Shown here piece by piece: positions 1 to 9,889 of a stretch of 64,000 bases of DNA. Positions within the stretch are counted from its first letter, which is position 1. Each line of letters opens with the position of its first letter. Made by a program: the position numbers and the translations under genes. This stretch comes from Vicinamibacteria bacterium (GTDB lineage: Bacteria > Acidobacteriota > Vicinamibacteria > Vicinamibacterales > UBA8438). The notes below the pieces were generated by a model. It did no database searches. It saw nothing but the letters and a program-made list of their open reading frames with translations, and was not told the DNA's origin. The stretch lies in the NCBI GenBank assembly GCA_963578805.1, contig CAUZDY010000003.1, forward strand, positions 514 to 64,513. The letters run 5' to 3'.

Positions 1-457
1 TCTTCATGTCGAGGGCGAGCAGGTGGTTGTCGAGCGTTACGCGAAACAGTTTGCCGTTGTAGAGAGTCGGTGCGCCTCGGTTGAACGCGGCACGCCGCGA
101 CTCGCCTTCAAGCACCACCGGCGTGCGCCAGAGTTGTCTGCTAGTCGCCACGTCGATCGCAAACGTCCATTTCCCGTTGATGAGATACATGACACCCTCG
201 TACACCACCGGCGCTGCCAGCTCGCCCAGGTCATTGCTCATGCTGGCGTTCCAAATCGGTACGAGCCGCTTGACGTTCGACCGGTTGATTTCATCGAGCG
301 GACTGTAGCTCTTCCGGTCATACCCCATGCTCGCCGTAAGGACGTTGTCGGCACTCTCTTGGTCGTTGACCAGCTCTCCCGTCGTTTGGGCTAGCCCCGC
401 ACCTGGCCATGCACTCAGTATCATCGCGATGATCGCCAGTAGACACAGGTTCTTCAT
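1..457 (-). CDS. PQQ-dependent dehydrogenase, methanol/ethanol (quinoprotein ADH) family, N-terminal part; the rest of the gene lies beyond the window start
   Basis: I translated the minus strand from the ATG at 455-457. It gives MKNLCLLAIIAMILSAWPGAGLAQ (signal peptide), then ...NVLTASMGYDRKSYSPLDEINRSNVKRLVPIWN...GELAAPVVYEGVMYLINGKWTFAIDV... This is the typical N-terminus of 8-bladed PQQ alcohol dehydrogenases. The frame stays open to position 1, so it is not in the ORF track. Confidence 0.75.
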   Translation of the reverse strand, partial: MKNLCLLAIIAMILSAWPGAGLAQTTGELVNDQESADNVLTASMGYDRKSYSPLDEINRSNVKRLVPIWNASMSNDLGELAAPVVYEGVMYLINGKWTFAIDVATSRQLWRTPVVLEGESRRAAFNRGAPTLYNGKLFRVTLDNHLLALDMK

Positions 458-694
458 ATTCAACCTCTCCTGGCACCTCCCACATCTGAAGGGGACGGTG
501 CTTGAGAACACGGTATCGTGGGCTCGTCGCGCGGTCAACACCACGCCGACGCTGAACCTCGCACGAGCTAGTTGCGAAGTCAAAACGGAAGAGGTACTCC
601 CATGAGAAGCAACCTGCTCTACGTCGTTCAGAAGACACGTGACATCACGGCCGGCGACCCGCCTCGACTCCTCTATTTACAACCTCAGAGCCGC

Positions 695-1762
695 CTAGAT
701 CTTGGGGACAAACGCCAAGAATCGTCTCGGGTTGTCGACGAGGATCTTTCGAATAGTCTCCTCCGGGACGCCCGCGAACCTGAGTTTGGGGACAAACTGC
801 ATCAGCACCGAGGCCCAACCATGACCGTGAAAATGCTTGAACTGACGGATGTTCCCTTGGTCGGATGACAGCAGGATCTGATCCTCAAAGCCGACCTCGA
901 GTAGATCCTGAACCATCCGAACTTTGTCGGCAGCGGGGATGTCGGACCGACCCATTTCATGTCCGAGTGTGTCCAGACCGACGAATGCGCCCCGGCGCGC
1001 CACGGCTGTGTGCGTCGCCAAGGGGTTGTCCTCGGGCTTAATAGTGGCCATGTGTCCGATGGCGACATGCGAAAGGTCAACCCCCTCTTCTTCGATGACA
1101 TCCATCTGCTCCATCGCGCAACTTGGACAACTCTCGTGCGGCGTGTGTGTGAAGATCGGAATCCCCGTTCGTACGTGCGCGCGGGCCACCGCACGATGCA
1201 CCTTACGCTCGTCGGGTCGCATCTCGAGGGACGACGCGATCTCTCCAAAAGCACCCCATCTCTGAGCCCCCGCATCGGCGACAAGCTCCTCGACCAGCTC
1301 GTCCTCTGACATTTCGGCAATTCGGACCGGGTAGATCGCAAAGCCGATATCCTCGAAATACCCCCCGGCCATGACGACCCGTACATCGCTTCGGTCCGCA
1401 ATGGCGTTCAGTTTACGGACCTGCTCCGGTGTTCGTCGACCCGTCGCCGCATCGACGATACATCCCAGCCCGTCAAACGCGCACGCGCGCAGCTCTTCCA
1501 CGGCGAGGTCGACCTCGGCACGGCCCACGTGCTCATGAAAAAGTGTCGCACCGTTAGCAAGCGCCGTCGGGTCGAGATCGCCCTGCAGTGTTCGTATAAC
1601 GCTGCCCGCTGGAAAATTTGGCGGATCGACGCTCGTGAAGGTCTGCTGCGCAGCGAGAAACGCGCTGCGGGTTGTGACCAGGCTCGCGCTGGCGACGGTA
1701 CCGAGGAAACCGAGTGCTTCGCGCCGCGTGTAGCAGGGAGATGAGTTCTTCGTGGTTGTCAT
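695..1762 (-). CDS. Phosphotriesterase-related (PTER/aryldialkylphosphatase family) amidohydrolase with a Tat-type signal
   Basis: The ORF 695..1837 contains the HxH metal motif (TLFHEHV) and FTHTPHES / HVAIGHM motifs. I placed the start at the internal ATG 1760-1762, giving MTTTKNSSPCYTRREALGFLGTVASASL (twin-arginine leader). Confidence 0.8.
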   Translation of the reverse strand: MTTTKNSSPCYTRREALGFLGTVASASLVTTRSAFLAAQQTFTSVDPPNFPAGSVIRTLQGDLDPTALANGATLFHEHVGRAEVDLAVEELRACAFDGLGCIVDAATGRRTPEQVRKLNAIADRSDVRVVMAGGYFEDIGFAIYPVRIAEMSEDELVEELVADAGAQRWGAFGEIASSLEMRPDERKVHRAVARAHVRTGIPIFTHTPHESCPSCAMEQMDVIEEEGVDLSHVAIGHMATIKPEDNPLATHTAVARRGAFVGLDTLGHEMGRSDIPAADKVRMVQDLLEVGFEDQILLSSDQGNIRQFKHFHGHGWASVLMQFVPKLRFAGVPEETIRKILVDNPRRFLAFVPKI

Positions 1763-2037
1763 GCCGCGTCCTTCGACAGATGTGGGGCGGGTGGCCTTGG
1801 ACCGTGACCGTGGTGGAGCGGCTTTGGTCCCGACCAAGGACTGGGCGTGCGGGGAGTACGGCTGGATGTGCCCTCCACTTCAATACACCGATCTACCGGG
1901 ATGGGTATCTCTGCGGCTTCGACGGCCCCAACCAGAGTGATGCCTCACTGACAAACCCCACAACCTACATCTGACAGCTGAAATGCCCCACCATCTAAAT
2001 TCTTCTGGTTGTTCTCCCCACCGAATCCCCTTCTTTC

Positions 2038-4113
2038 CTACTGTTGATCCTCATTCGTGGTCTCTTCCATCAGATACAACCAGTGCTCGCTGGCCCGTGA
2101 CAGAATCGGAGCGATGTCCTCGGCCAGCAGGTATCCACCGTCGACCAACTCGAGCGCAACTTGTGACACTAGACCGAGGTAGACTGCACGGCTGCCATAG
2201 CGCTCCTCAACCGACTGCCGCGGGTCGCTGGTGCGCCGCCGATCTGCCATGGTCAGCGGGAAGGGAACGTAGGACCCCTGCATACTCGACAGAACACCTT
2301 CCGGTCCGGCCGCCGCGTTGAAGTTGTTCCACCCTGTATAGGTAGCAAGTGGGACCGCCACCTCGGGCATCATGAGGCCGCCAGTCTCGTTGCCATCGGC
2401 ATCGACCGTTGGCACGAGGATGGGAAACGCTGACAGCACTTCCGGTGGCTCCACCGTCGTGATGCCACGCGAGCGAAACTCCGGCCCGTAGACGGCGCGA
2501 TAGGCCTTGTGCGGTTCGCCGGGTTGAGTGACGCTAGGTAGGCTCGGAAACTCGAAGTGCTCGGCAAGCACGAGGTCGCCGTCGGCAATCATCGGGTACC
2601 GGCTCGGTGGCGGAGGCGTCCCGTCCTTGAGCCACTCGTTCATGGCCACGAGCAGACCTCGCAGGAACCACGAGTAGTCGTTCGGATTACTGAGCTGTTG
2701 CCCGCTCGTCCGTTGTGGCGGGAAGCGCCCTGGGCCGTGCTGCCCTCCGGCAAATGTGTAGATCCGGACGTTGTCCAACAGCGGGGCATCCGCGGTACCG
2801 TCGACCGTGGTGTGGACCAGTGACGCCGCGCGTCCCCAGTACTCGTAGGACGAGTTGGTATGAAAGACCTTTGGCATGTGCCTAGGTTGGATCCTTGAGA
2901 GGAGCCCACCGCGCATGTCGGTTTCAGGGTCGCTCTGCGTGACGTCGCTAAACGGAAAAATGTCACTCGGGTAGAGCTTGTTGAGGAACGGGTGCCCGTC
3001 GCGTGACGGCTGGGCGAAGCGAACGTTGAAGCTGCCCCGACCCCCGCCTGCGACGTGAGCCATGACACCGTCAAACGCTTTTCGGTCGCTCTCGTCTCGA
3101 TTGAATCCGTTATAGAGAAACGTGCGTAGGAGCCGCCCACTCTGCGATACGCCCCAGGCGATCGCGTGGTCGATGGCATCGGAGGGGATGGATAACTCGG
3201 GCGTGGAGTCGTATTTGAGCTGAGAGATCGCGTCGCGGACGGCTGCGAGTCCAAGACCGGAGAGCGGCGGGTCTTGTGCGATATAGACGACGTCGTAGAT
3301 CTTGCTCGGCTGGAACCCAGTCTTGAGATAAACCCGGGTCGGGTCGTCGACGATCTCACCGTTGTCCTCACGACGTGCGAACCGCCACTGGTCGCGCGGC
3401 ACCACACGCCGCGGTTGGTTGACCCCGTCACGGACGGTCATCTGGTTCGCCGGGTCGCTGGGCACGCTGGCCTCGTACGGTAGATGATTTCTGTCGGAGA
3501 GCGACCAGTCGTACGCCAGCTTGCTGACGATGACCTCGCTTCTCACCAGACCGGTGATCGGTGCACCGTTGTTGGTCGCCGTTGGCAAATTCACGCGCAT
3601 CTGCCCTTCGCGTATTGGTGGGTCAAATTGCCACCCAAGCCACAGCAACGTGAAGCCTTGTTTCAACAGAAACCCGTCGCCCATTTCATCGGCCATCCTG
3701 GGGTCACGGCTACCGGATGCATTGTTGTAGTAGGCCAGCATCCCCTTGCGGCCACGGTTCGAGACCTCATAGAACACCGTTCCGTTGCCGCGCGAGATGT
3801 CCTTGGGTTTGATAAGAAAAAAGTTCGAGTGGAACTCGACCTTGCCGTCGGCGTTGAGCGGGGCAAAGTCGATATCGGTGATGATGCGATTGGCCGCGTT
3901 GTCGGGGTCGACCGCGAAATAGATGGTACCGGCGATCCGCTCGTAAGGACCGGCTAGCCCATATGACATTCCGCCAGCCACCTCGGCACGTGAGTCAACC
4001 TCGATCCGGATGATCTCGGCGGAGACCGTTGAGGCCACGAGCAACGGGGCCAGCGTCACCGTTATCGTCAAGGCCAGAAACGTGACTGCTCTCGGCATCT
4101 TCATGATGATCAT
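2038..4113 (-). CDS. Secreted alpha/beta-hydrolase-like protein (resembles the family annotated 'alpha/beta hydrolase domain-containing protein', Abhydrolase_10, from memory)
   Basis: A 691-aa ORF with an N-terminal signal peptide (PRAVTFLALTITVTLAPLLVASTVSA). The opening IIRIEVDSRAEVAGGMSYGLAGPYERIAGTIYFAVDPDN...FAPLNADGKVEFHSNFFLIKP is typical of that family. Confidence 0.6.
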   Translation of the reverse strand: MIIMKMPRAVTFLALTITVTLAPLLVASTVSAEIIRIEVDSRAEVAGGMSYGLAGPYERIAGTIYFAVDPDNAANRIITDIDFAPLNADGKVEFHSNFFLIKPKDISRGNGTVFYEVSNRGRKGMLAYYNNASGSRDPRMADEMGDGFLLKQGFTLLWLGWQFDPPIREGQMRVNLPTATNNGAPITGLVRSEVIVSKLAYDWSLSDRNHLPYEASVPSDPANQMTVRDGVNQPRRVVPRDQWRFARREDNGEIVDDPTRVYLKTGFQPSKIYDVVYIAQDPPLSGLGLAAVRDAISQLKYDSTPELSIPSDAIDHAIAWGVSQSGRLLRTFLYNGFNRDESDRKAFDGVMAHVAGGGRGSFNVRFAQPSRDGHPFLNKLYPSDIFPFSDVTQSDPETDMRGGLLSRIQPRHMPKVFHTNSSYEYWGRAASLVHTTVDGTADAPLLDNVRIYTFAGGQHGPGRFPPQRTSGQQLSNPNDYSWFLRGLLVAMNEWLKDGTPPPPSRYPMIADGDLVLAEHFEFPSLPSVTQPGEPHKAYRAVYGPEFRSRGITTVEPPEVLSAFPILVPTVDADGNETGGLMMPEVAVPLATYTGWNNFNAAAGPEGVLSSMQGSYVPFPLTMADRRRTSDPRQSVEERYGSRAVYLGLVSQVALELVDGGYLLAEDIAPILSRASEHWLYLMEETTNEDQQ

Positions 4114-4129
4114 GGTTTTTTCTTTTCTT

Positions 4130-4348
4130 CTAGCCGCAGCGCAAAGCCTCGATCGGATTCACGCGGCTCGCACGACGAGTTGGTTCGGCTGTTACAACTT
4201 CGCGAACATTACGTTCAAGTCGTGCAACTTGCAGTTGGTCAAATAGGGAACCACTGAATAGCGCCCCCCCCGCACCAATTAAATTAGTAGCGGTCCCTGA
4301 ACCCCGGTAGGTTCCTCGGCTCCGGCAACCGTGAAGTGACTGCGTCAT
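4130..4348 (-). pseudogene. Decayed C-terminal remnant of an FtsX/ADOP-type ABC transporter permease
   Basis: The translation ends ...LIGAGGALFSGSLF...TAEPTRRASRVNPIEALRCG*. This matches the canonical permease C-terminus (...LPARRAARVDPMVALRxE). There is no upstream permease body, and the middle of the fragment has diverged. Confidence 0.5.
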
Positions 4349-4398
4349 GCTGCAGTTGGGAACCGGCCTGGCCGGTTACGATTACCGTGCGTGCGCGC

Positions 4399-5580
4399 CT
4401 ACCGCGCACCACCACCGCCGGTCGTACTATCCTGCGAGAACGGATCAGGCCCCGTCCCCGAGGCAAATGCCTGCTCTTTCATCCGCGCACCGATGAACAT
4501 AGCCGGCAAACCATAGTTCCCATCGTAGCAGCGCGGCTCATAGTAGATACGATTCTCCTGATCGCTCTGACGCGTCAGCTCTTGTCGGACGGTCCACGGC
4601 GCGACCCACACCGTCGAGTCCTCGAATGTGACCTCGTACTCAAGTGTGTCGGCATCGGCGCGTCTATATCGCTCGATGAGCTTGAGGTTTGCATCTGAAC
4701 CGCTCCCGGTAGGTACTCCTCGACCAGGAACCGGGTATCTGTCTGAGAAATTCGTCGTTTCGATGACGAGCGTATCGCCCTCCCATCGCCCGCGTGCGTC
4801 GCCGTGGCGAAGACGGACTTGGCTCGCCGGATGACTCCCGCTCAGGTTGATGACACGCTGGAACCCCTGGCCCTGCCCGGTGTCATAACCCACCGCGACC
4901 GCATCCTCGCCCTGCACGATGCGACGGAAACCGTTGAAATCTGGGGTGCGCCCACCCCTACATCGATCGCTCAAACTTTGATCCTCAGGGCCGTCGTGAC
5001 GATTCATACGCGACGTGTTGTAGAAGGGTGAGACATCGAACCGACGCGGCGATGGGGGACCGTATTCCCCACCCTCGCAGCCGCGGGCGCCTTCCTCGCA
5101 GGTTGGGGTGTTCTGCATGAGCATTTGACGCCACTCCAGCTGGACCTCTACGTTCCGCTGAGCCGCCTCCGTTAGGGCGGGAATCCTCCCATCCGGTGGA
5201 TCGACGACGAGCGACGTGCGTGGCCCCGCAGGCTTCACCGAGGTATAAACGGCGTTGTAGGCCGAAGACACATCTTTCGCTGACCCGCGCTCACCGCGCT
5301 CGAAGCTCCGCCCAGCGGACGGACTCAGTCCTATACGCTCTTGATCTCGTGCCGCACGCTCTTCAGCGGTCGTAAACTCTCGGTCGTTAAGCTCTCGTGC
5401 CCGTTGGAAGGGCGTTGAGTAGACATCGAGCCAGATTCCCTCCAGGTTTGGATGCCCCCACGCAGTGGAGCTCGGAGTCTGACCTACCACCGGTGCCGTA
5501 GTAAGCCGCAGCATTACGATGACCGCTGCAAGCACCATTACCACACCGACCGACTCCAGTAATCGTCGCGTTATTTGCAT
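4399..5580 (-). CDS. Secreted hypothetical protein, uncharacterised family (paralog P1 of 13993..15150)
   Basis: A 393-aa ORF with an N-terminal hydrophobic signal/anchor. Motifs WGHPNLEGIW, GPPSPRRFDV.PFYNTSRMNRHDGPEDQSL, RGRWEGDTLVIETTNF and NRIYYEPRC..GNYGLPA are shared almost verbatim with P2. Confidence 0.85.
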   Translation of the reverse strand: MQITRRLLESVGVVMVLAAVIVMLRLTTAPVVGQTPSSTAWGHPNLEGIWLDVYSTPFQRARELNDREFTTAEERAARDQERIGLSPSAGRSFERGERGSAKDVSSAYNAVYTSVKPAGPRTSLVVDPPDGRIPALTEAAQRNVEVQLEWRQMLMQNTPTCEEGARGCEGGEYGPPSPRRFDVSPFYNTSRMNRHDGPEDQSLSDRCRGGRTPDFNGFRRIVQGEDAVAVGYDTGQGQGFQRVINLSGSHPASQVRLRHGDARGRWEGDTLVIETTNFSDRYPVPGRGVPTGSGSDANLKLIERYRRADADTLEYEVTFEDSTVWVAPWTVRQELTRQSDQENRIYYEPRCYDGNYGLPAMFIGARMKEQAFASGTGPDPFSQDSTTGGGGAR

Positions 5581-6013
5581 GCCTTTTATACCTCTCGAAG
5601 AAATTCTTCGCCTTCCAACGAACTTAACACTGCTTCGTACACCAGAACAGTAAACGAGTCAATGTTTTCGGTCGATTAGCTCAAGATACTGGCCTTCATT
5701 ACCTTAACGTCCTCAGACTTCACACCTCGGTAGATCTCTTCTTTTATCTTTGTGCTCCTTCTGGCGGGTTAGTAACCTGTTTGGCGAGACGGTGCGGCTA
5801 TAACTCTAGACTCGAGGCCAGGAACCGGCCGTTGTGGAAGACAATTCAGTTGCCAATCCTTTACTATTTACTCAGGAGAGATGGGTTCAAGTCGGCTTTG
5901 GATTCGTAGCCGGCTGGAACGTCCTCAGACCGAACAGGGGCACACCGCGGAAGCCCTGGCCCGCAGATCGGCGTTGACCGTAGCGAGTCTCACACCTGTC
6001 TGGAGTCACCAAA

Positions 6014-6883
6014 GTGCAGCCGACTCGTTTTGAAGCCCCGACAACCGTTGCCGATGCTATTCGCCTCATGCAGGCTGAACCGGGCGCAAAGGCACTGGCC
6101 GGCGGTACGGATCTGCTCGTTCAGTACCGCATGGAATCGAGGCGTCCTGCGTCCTTCATCGATCTCAAACGCATTCCAGAGCTGGTCGGAATCACGATCG
6201 ATCGGAAACATATGCGGCTCGGTGCGGCCACGGCGGCGGCGGTCATCTGCGAACACCCGGAAGCGAAACGCTTCTGGCCTGGGCTTGTCGAGGCCATTCA
6301 CCTCATCGGCTCGGCTCAAATTCAGGGGCGAGGTACGGTGGGTGGTAATCTGTGTAACGCCTCGCCAGCCGCCGACACGACCGGTCCGCTTATTGTAAAC
6401 CGTGCGCGCGCCGTGATCGTTGGCCCCCAGGGCGAACGAACCGTCAACGTTGAAGACGTCTCCGTTAGCCCTGGACAGACTGTGCTCGGACGCGGAGATC
6501 TGCTTGTTGCTCTACTGGTCCCATGTCCGGCACCGCGGACGGCAGACGCATATCTGCGGCTCATCCCCAGAACTGAGATGGATATTGCGGTCGCCGGCGC
6601 GGCCGTCAGTGTCACGCTGGACGAGCTTGGCCTGTGTACGGCGTCCCGCGTGGCGATCACTGCCGTAGCGCCGACGGTATTACTGGTGCCCGAGGCAGCG
6701 CGGGCGCTCATCGGATCCCACCTGGACGATGAGGCGTTGCGGCTCGCTGGTGCCGCCGCGAGTGCAGCCGCGAGACCAATCGACGACAAGCGGGGCACGA
6801 ACTCTTATCGGCGGACCGTGGTCGGCGTGCTCACTCGCCGTGCCACTACGATCGCCGGCAGGCGCGCCTCGTTACCCATGTGA
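6014..6883 (+). CDS. Molybdenum hydroxylase (xanthine dehydrogenase/CoxM-like) FAD-binding subunit
   Basis: FEAPTTVADAIRLMQAEPGAKALAGGTDLLV... and GTVGGNLCNASPAAD are typical of the FAD-binding medium subunit. GTG start with GGAG upstream. The stop overlaps the next gene. Confidence 0.85.
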   Translation: MQPTRFEAPTTVADAIRLMQAEPGAKALAGGTDLLVQYRMESRRPASFIDLKRIPELVGITIDRKHMRLGAATAAAVICEHPEAKRFWPGLVEAIHLIGSAQIQGRGTVGGNLCNASPAADTTGPLIVNRARAVIVGPQGERTVNVEDVSVSPGQTVLGRGDLLVALLVPCPAPRTADAYLRLIPRTEMDIAVAGAAVSVTLDELGLCTASRVAITAVAPTVLLVPEAARALIGSHLDDEALRLAGAAASAAARPIDDKRGTNSYRRTVVGVLTRRATTIAGRRASLPM

Positions 6884-7380
6884 GGGATCTGTCGGTGACG
6901 AAACTACATATAAAGACAATACTCAACAGCGAACCGGTCGAGTTCCTCTGCGAACCGGTCGAAACATTGCTGGACGCCCTGCGTGATCGGCTCAATCTCA
7001 CCGGCACCAAGGAGGGTTGCGCGACCGGTGACTGCGGCGCCTGCTCCGTGCTCCTCAACCGGCGCCTCGTCCCGTCGTGTCTCGTGCTCGCGGCCGAAAT
7101 AGACGGCCAGGATGTTCTCACCATCGAGGGCATCGCGCAAGGGGAGACGCTCCACCCTATCCAGCAGAAACTCCTCGAACATGCGGCACTTCAGTGTGGC
7201 ATCTGTACGCCAGGCTTCGTGGTCTCAGCCAAAGCGCTTCTGGATCAGAATCCAAACCCAACTGAAGAAGAAGCCCGATACTGGCTCGCCGGAAATCTGT
7301 GCCGCTGCACCGGCTATGACAAGATCATTCGCGCAGTGATGGATGCAGCGGAATCCATGAGGAGCGATGAGACGCAATGA
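6880..7380 (+). CDS. Molybdenum hydroxylase (2Fe-2S)-binding small subunit (CoxS-like)
   Basis: LTGTKEGCATGDCGACSV and CGICTPG...NLCRCTGY are the two [2Fe-2S] cysteine motifs. The start could be GTG 6880 or GTG 6895. Confidence 0.85.
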   Translation: MRDLSVTKLHIKTILNSEPVEFLCEPVETLLDALRDRLNLTGTKEGCATGDCGACSVLLNRRLVPSCLVLAAEIDGQDVLTIEGIAQGETLHPIQQKLLEHAALQCGICTPGFVVSAKALLDQNPNPTEEEARYWLAGNLCRCTGYDKIIRAVMDAAESMRSDETQ

Positions 7381-9638
7381 GCGGTGAACGAGTATTCAAA
7401 TACGTCGGCACGAGACCAATTCGTCACGACGGCCTCGATAAGGTCACCGGGCGCGCTAACTATGGCGCCGACTTCACCCTCCCAGGCCTATTGCACGGGT
7501 ACGTCCTTCGCAGCCCGCACGCACATGCGCGGATTATGTCGATCGACACGTCGGCAGCCGACGCGATGCCAGGCGTGAAGGCGGTCATCACCGGTGCGGA
7601 CATCCCGAAGACGACCGGGGTGGTCTTACTGGGCAAGGAAGGCCGCTACGACCTTGGCGACATGGGTGACAACCTACTCGCGCACGACACGGCGCTGTAT
7701 GAGGGTCATGCCGTCGCGGCTGTCGCCGCGACGTCCGTAGAGATCGCCCGTAACGCCGCTGAACGAATCATTGTCCACTACGAGAATTTGTCGCCCGTCC
7801 TGACGGTCGACCAAGCCCTGGCACCTGGCGCGACGATTCTGCACGACGGCCTGGTCACCAAGGGGCAGCCGCTTCCGGACGCTCCGACGCGCACGAATGT
7901 TGCGATGCGCACGGAACTGCGCCGCGGCGACGTCGACAAAGGCTTTGCCGAGTCCGACATCATCGTCGAGCGCCAGTTTACGACCCCAATGGTCCATCAG
8001 GGCTACATCGAACCGCACGCGTGTGTCGCCCGCTACGGTGAGGATGGCCAGATCCTGGTATGGACCTCGACGCAGGGACAATTCATCGTTCGCGACTGCT
8101 GTGCCGGCATTCTCGGTGTCGACGCCGCTACGATTAAGGTAATCCCGAGCGAGATCGGCGGTGGATTCGGTGGCAAGATTCCGGTGTATCTCGAGCCAGT
8201 AGCCATCGCGCTGTCCCGCAAAGCGCATCGCCCAGTCAAAATCGTCATGTCGCGTGACGACGTGTTCCGCGCATCGGGTCCGACATCCGGAACCAAAGTA
8301 CGGATGAAGATCGGGGTGAAGCAGAACGGCACGATCGTCGCGGCCAGTGGTTCGCTCTACTACGAAGCGGGTGCATATCCAGGGTCGCCGGCCGGTGCGG
8401 GAGCGATGTGCGCGCTGGCGGCATACAAGATCCCACACTTCGTCATCGAGGCTTACGACATCGTCGTCAACCGTCCCAAGGTAGCCGCCTATCGGGCACC
8501 CGGCTCACCGTCGTCCACGTTCGCCACCGAGTCGATACTCGACGAAATCGCCAACCGGCTCGAGATCGACCCGATCGACTTCCGGCTAAAGAATGCGATG
8601 ATGGAGGGCGACCAAGCTCCGTACGGACCAAAATACGGACCGATCGGTCTAAAACAGGTCCTTGAGTCTGCGAAGAACCACCCGCACTGGAAGGCACCGC
8701 TCGGCCCAAACCAGGGCAGGGGTGTCGCCTGCGGCTTCTGGTTCAACGCCGGTTTGAGTTCGAGCGCGACCGTCTCACTGAGCGGCGATGGCAGTGCGAC
8801 TGTCGTCACCGGTAATCCGGATATCGGTGGGACGCGTGTGGCACAGGCACTCATGGTGTCAGAGGAGCTCGACATTCCGATCGAGCGTGTTCGTCCGACG
8901 GTGGCTGACACCGACAGCATCGGCTACAGCGACCTCACGGGTGGTAGCCGCGTGTGTTACGCCACCGGTATGGCCGTGATCAAGGCCGCCCAAGATGTCC
9001 GCGACCAGCTTCTCGCGCGTGCCGCAAAAATCTGGGACGTGGGCGTCGACAAGGTCACTTGGGACAATGGCTGTGCCGTTCCGCTCGAGCCCTCAGCTGA
9101 CCGAACGTCGCTGACACTGCGTCAACTAGCCGAGCAGATGCCGCACACCGGAGGCCCCATTATCGGGCGTGCCAGCGTGAGCGCACCAATGGCTGGACCC
9201 GCGTTCGCGGTAAACATGTGCGACATCGAGGTGGACAAGGAAACAGGTGTCAGCCGCGTCGTCAGATACACGGCCATTCAGGATGTCGGCAAGGCGGTGC
9301 ATCCGAGCTTCGTCGAAGGACAGATGCAGGGAGGCGCAGCACAGGGGATCGGCTGGGCATTAAATGAGGAATACCTCTACAGTCCTGACGGCGTGATGCA
9401 GAACGCTGGATTCCTCGACTACCGCATGCCGGTCGCGTCCGACCTGCCGATGATCGACACGGTGCTCATCGAGGTCGGAAATCCACTCCACCCCTACGGC
9501 GTGCGTGGGGTTGGCGAGGTCCCGATCGTGCCGCCGCTCGCCGCGGTCGCGAACGCAATGAACGACGCTACCGGCATCCGCTTCACCGATCTCCCCCTCT
9601 CACCGCCTCGCGTGCTAAAGGCGCTACTGAGAAACTGA
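7377..9638 (+). CDS. Molybdopterin-binding large subunit of a xanthine dehydrogenase-family oxidoreductase (aldehyde oxidase/CoxL-like, not form I CODH)
   Basis: A 753-aa ORF with VTGRANYGADF, MVHQGYIEPHA, GGGFGGK and AAYRAPGSP motifs. It lacks the VAYRCSFR loop of true CO dehydrogenases. Confidence 0.9.
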   Translation: MSGERVFKYVGTRPIRHDGLDKVTGRANYGADFTLPGLLHGYVLRSPHAHARIMSIDTSAADAMPGVKAVITGADIPKTTGVVLLGKEGRYDLGDMGDNLLAHDTALYEGHAVAAVAATSVEIARNAAERIIVHYENLSPVLTVDQALAPGATILHDGLVTKGQPLPDAPTRTNVAMRTELRRGDVDKGFAESDIIVERQFTTPMVHQGYIEPHACVARYGEDGQILVWTSTQGQFIVRDCCAGILGVDAATIKVIPSEIGGGFGGKIPVYLEPVAIALSRKAHRPVKIVMSRDDVFRASGPTSGTKVRMKIGVKQNGTIVAASGSLYYEAGAYPGSPAGAGAMCALAAYKIPHFVIEAYDIVVNRPKVAAYRAPGSPSSTFATESILDEIANRLEIDPIDFRLKNAMMEGDQAPYGPKYGPIGLKQVLESAKNHPHWKAPLGPNQGRGVACGFWFNAGLSSSATVSLSGDGSATVVTGNPDIGGTRVAQALMVSEELDIPIERVRPTVADTDSIGYSDLTGGSRVCYATGMAVIKAAQDVRDQLLARAAKIWDVGVDKVTWDNGCAVPLEPSADRTSLTLRQLAEQMPHTGGPIIGRASVSAPMAGPAFAVNMCDIEVDKETGVSRVVRYTAIQDVGKAVHPSFVEGQMQGGAAQGIGWALNEEYLYSPDGVMQNAGFLDYRMPVASDLPMIDTVLIEVGNPLHPYGVRGVGEVPIVPPLAAVANAMNDATGIRFTDLPLSPPRVLKALLRN

Positions 9639-9643
9639 CTGAC

Positions 9644-9886
9644 GTGGCGACGATCTACTTCGTGAGCGGGCTCGAGCGGTACACTGGCGGCGTCGAATCG
9701 CTATCCGTGGACGCCCCGCGGGTGCGCGAGCTGATGGAGACCGTCACGGAGCACTTCCCCGCCTTGAGGGAACCGCTGGAGTTCATGTCGATAGCGGTAG
9801 ACGGTGAAATCCACCAACATCCTGACTACCTAAAGCTGTCGCCAGACAGCGAAGTCTACCTCGTGCCGAGAATTTCTGGCGGCTAG
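9644..9886 (+). CDS. MoaD/ThiS-family ubiquitin-like sulfur-carrier protein (C-terminal Gly-Gly)
   Basis: An 80-aa ORF ending ...EVYLVPRISGG*, 5 nt after the large-subunit stop. GTG start. Confidence 0.6.
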   Translation: MATIYFVSGLERYTGGVESLSVDAPRVRELMETVTEHFPALREPLEFMSIAVDGEIHQHPDYLKLSPDSEVYLVPRISGG

Positions 9887-9889
9887 CGG

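Noticed and set aside
23-638. Plus- and minus-strand track ORFs at the window start (23..394 +, 81..308 +, 327..605 +, 318..638 -).
   Set aside because: The minus-strand frame ending at ATG 455-457 encodes a clear signal peptide plus a PQQ-dehydrogenase N-terminus and explains the region. The listed ORFs have Arg/Pro-rich shadow-frame composition and no recognisable motifs.
5596-5610. Short palindromes in the 5' leaders of the two paralogs: CGAAGAA-A-TTCTTCG at 5596..5610 upstream of P1, and AACCGTACGGTT at 15174..15185 upstream of P2.
   Set aside because: The two sequences are unrelated to each other and short enough to arise by chance. I have no evidence for a shared regulator.
5581-6013. 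I looked for a molybdenum-cofactor riboswitch or another leader element upstream of the Mo-hydroxylase operon, in the 430-bp AT-richer divergent spacer.
   Set aside because: I could not find the conserved Moco-motif blocks or any convincing extended structure. It is probably an ordinary divergent promoter region.
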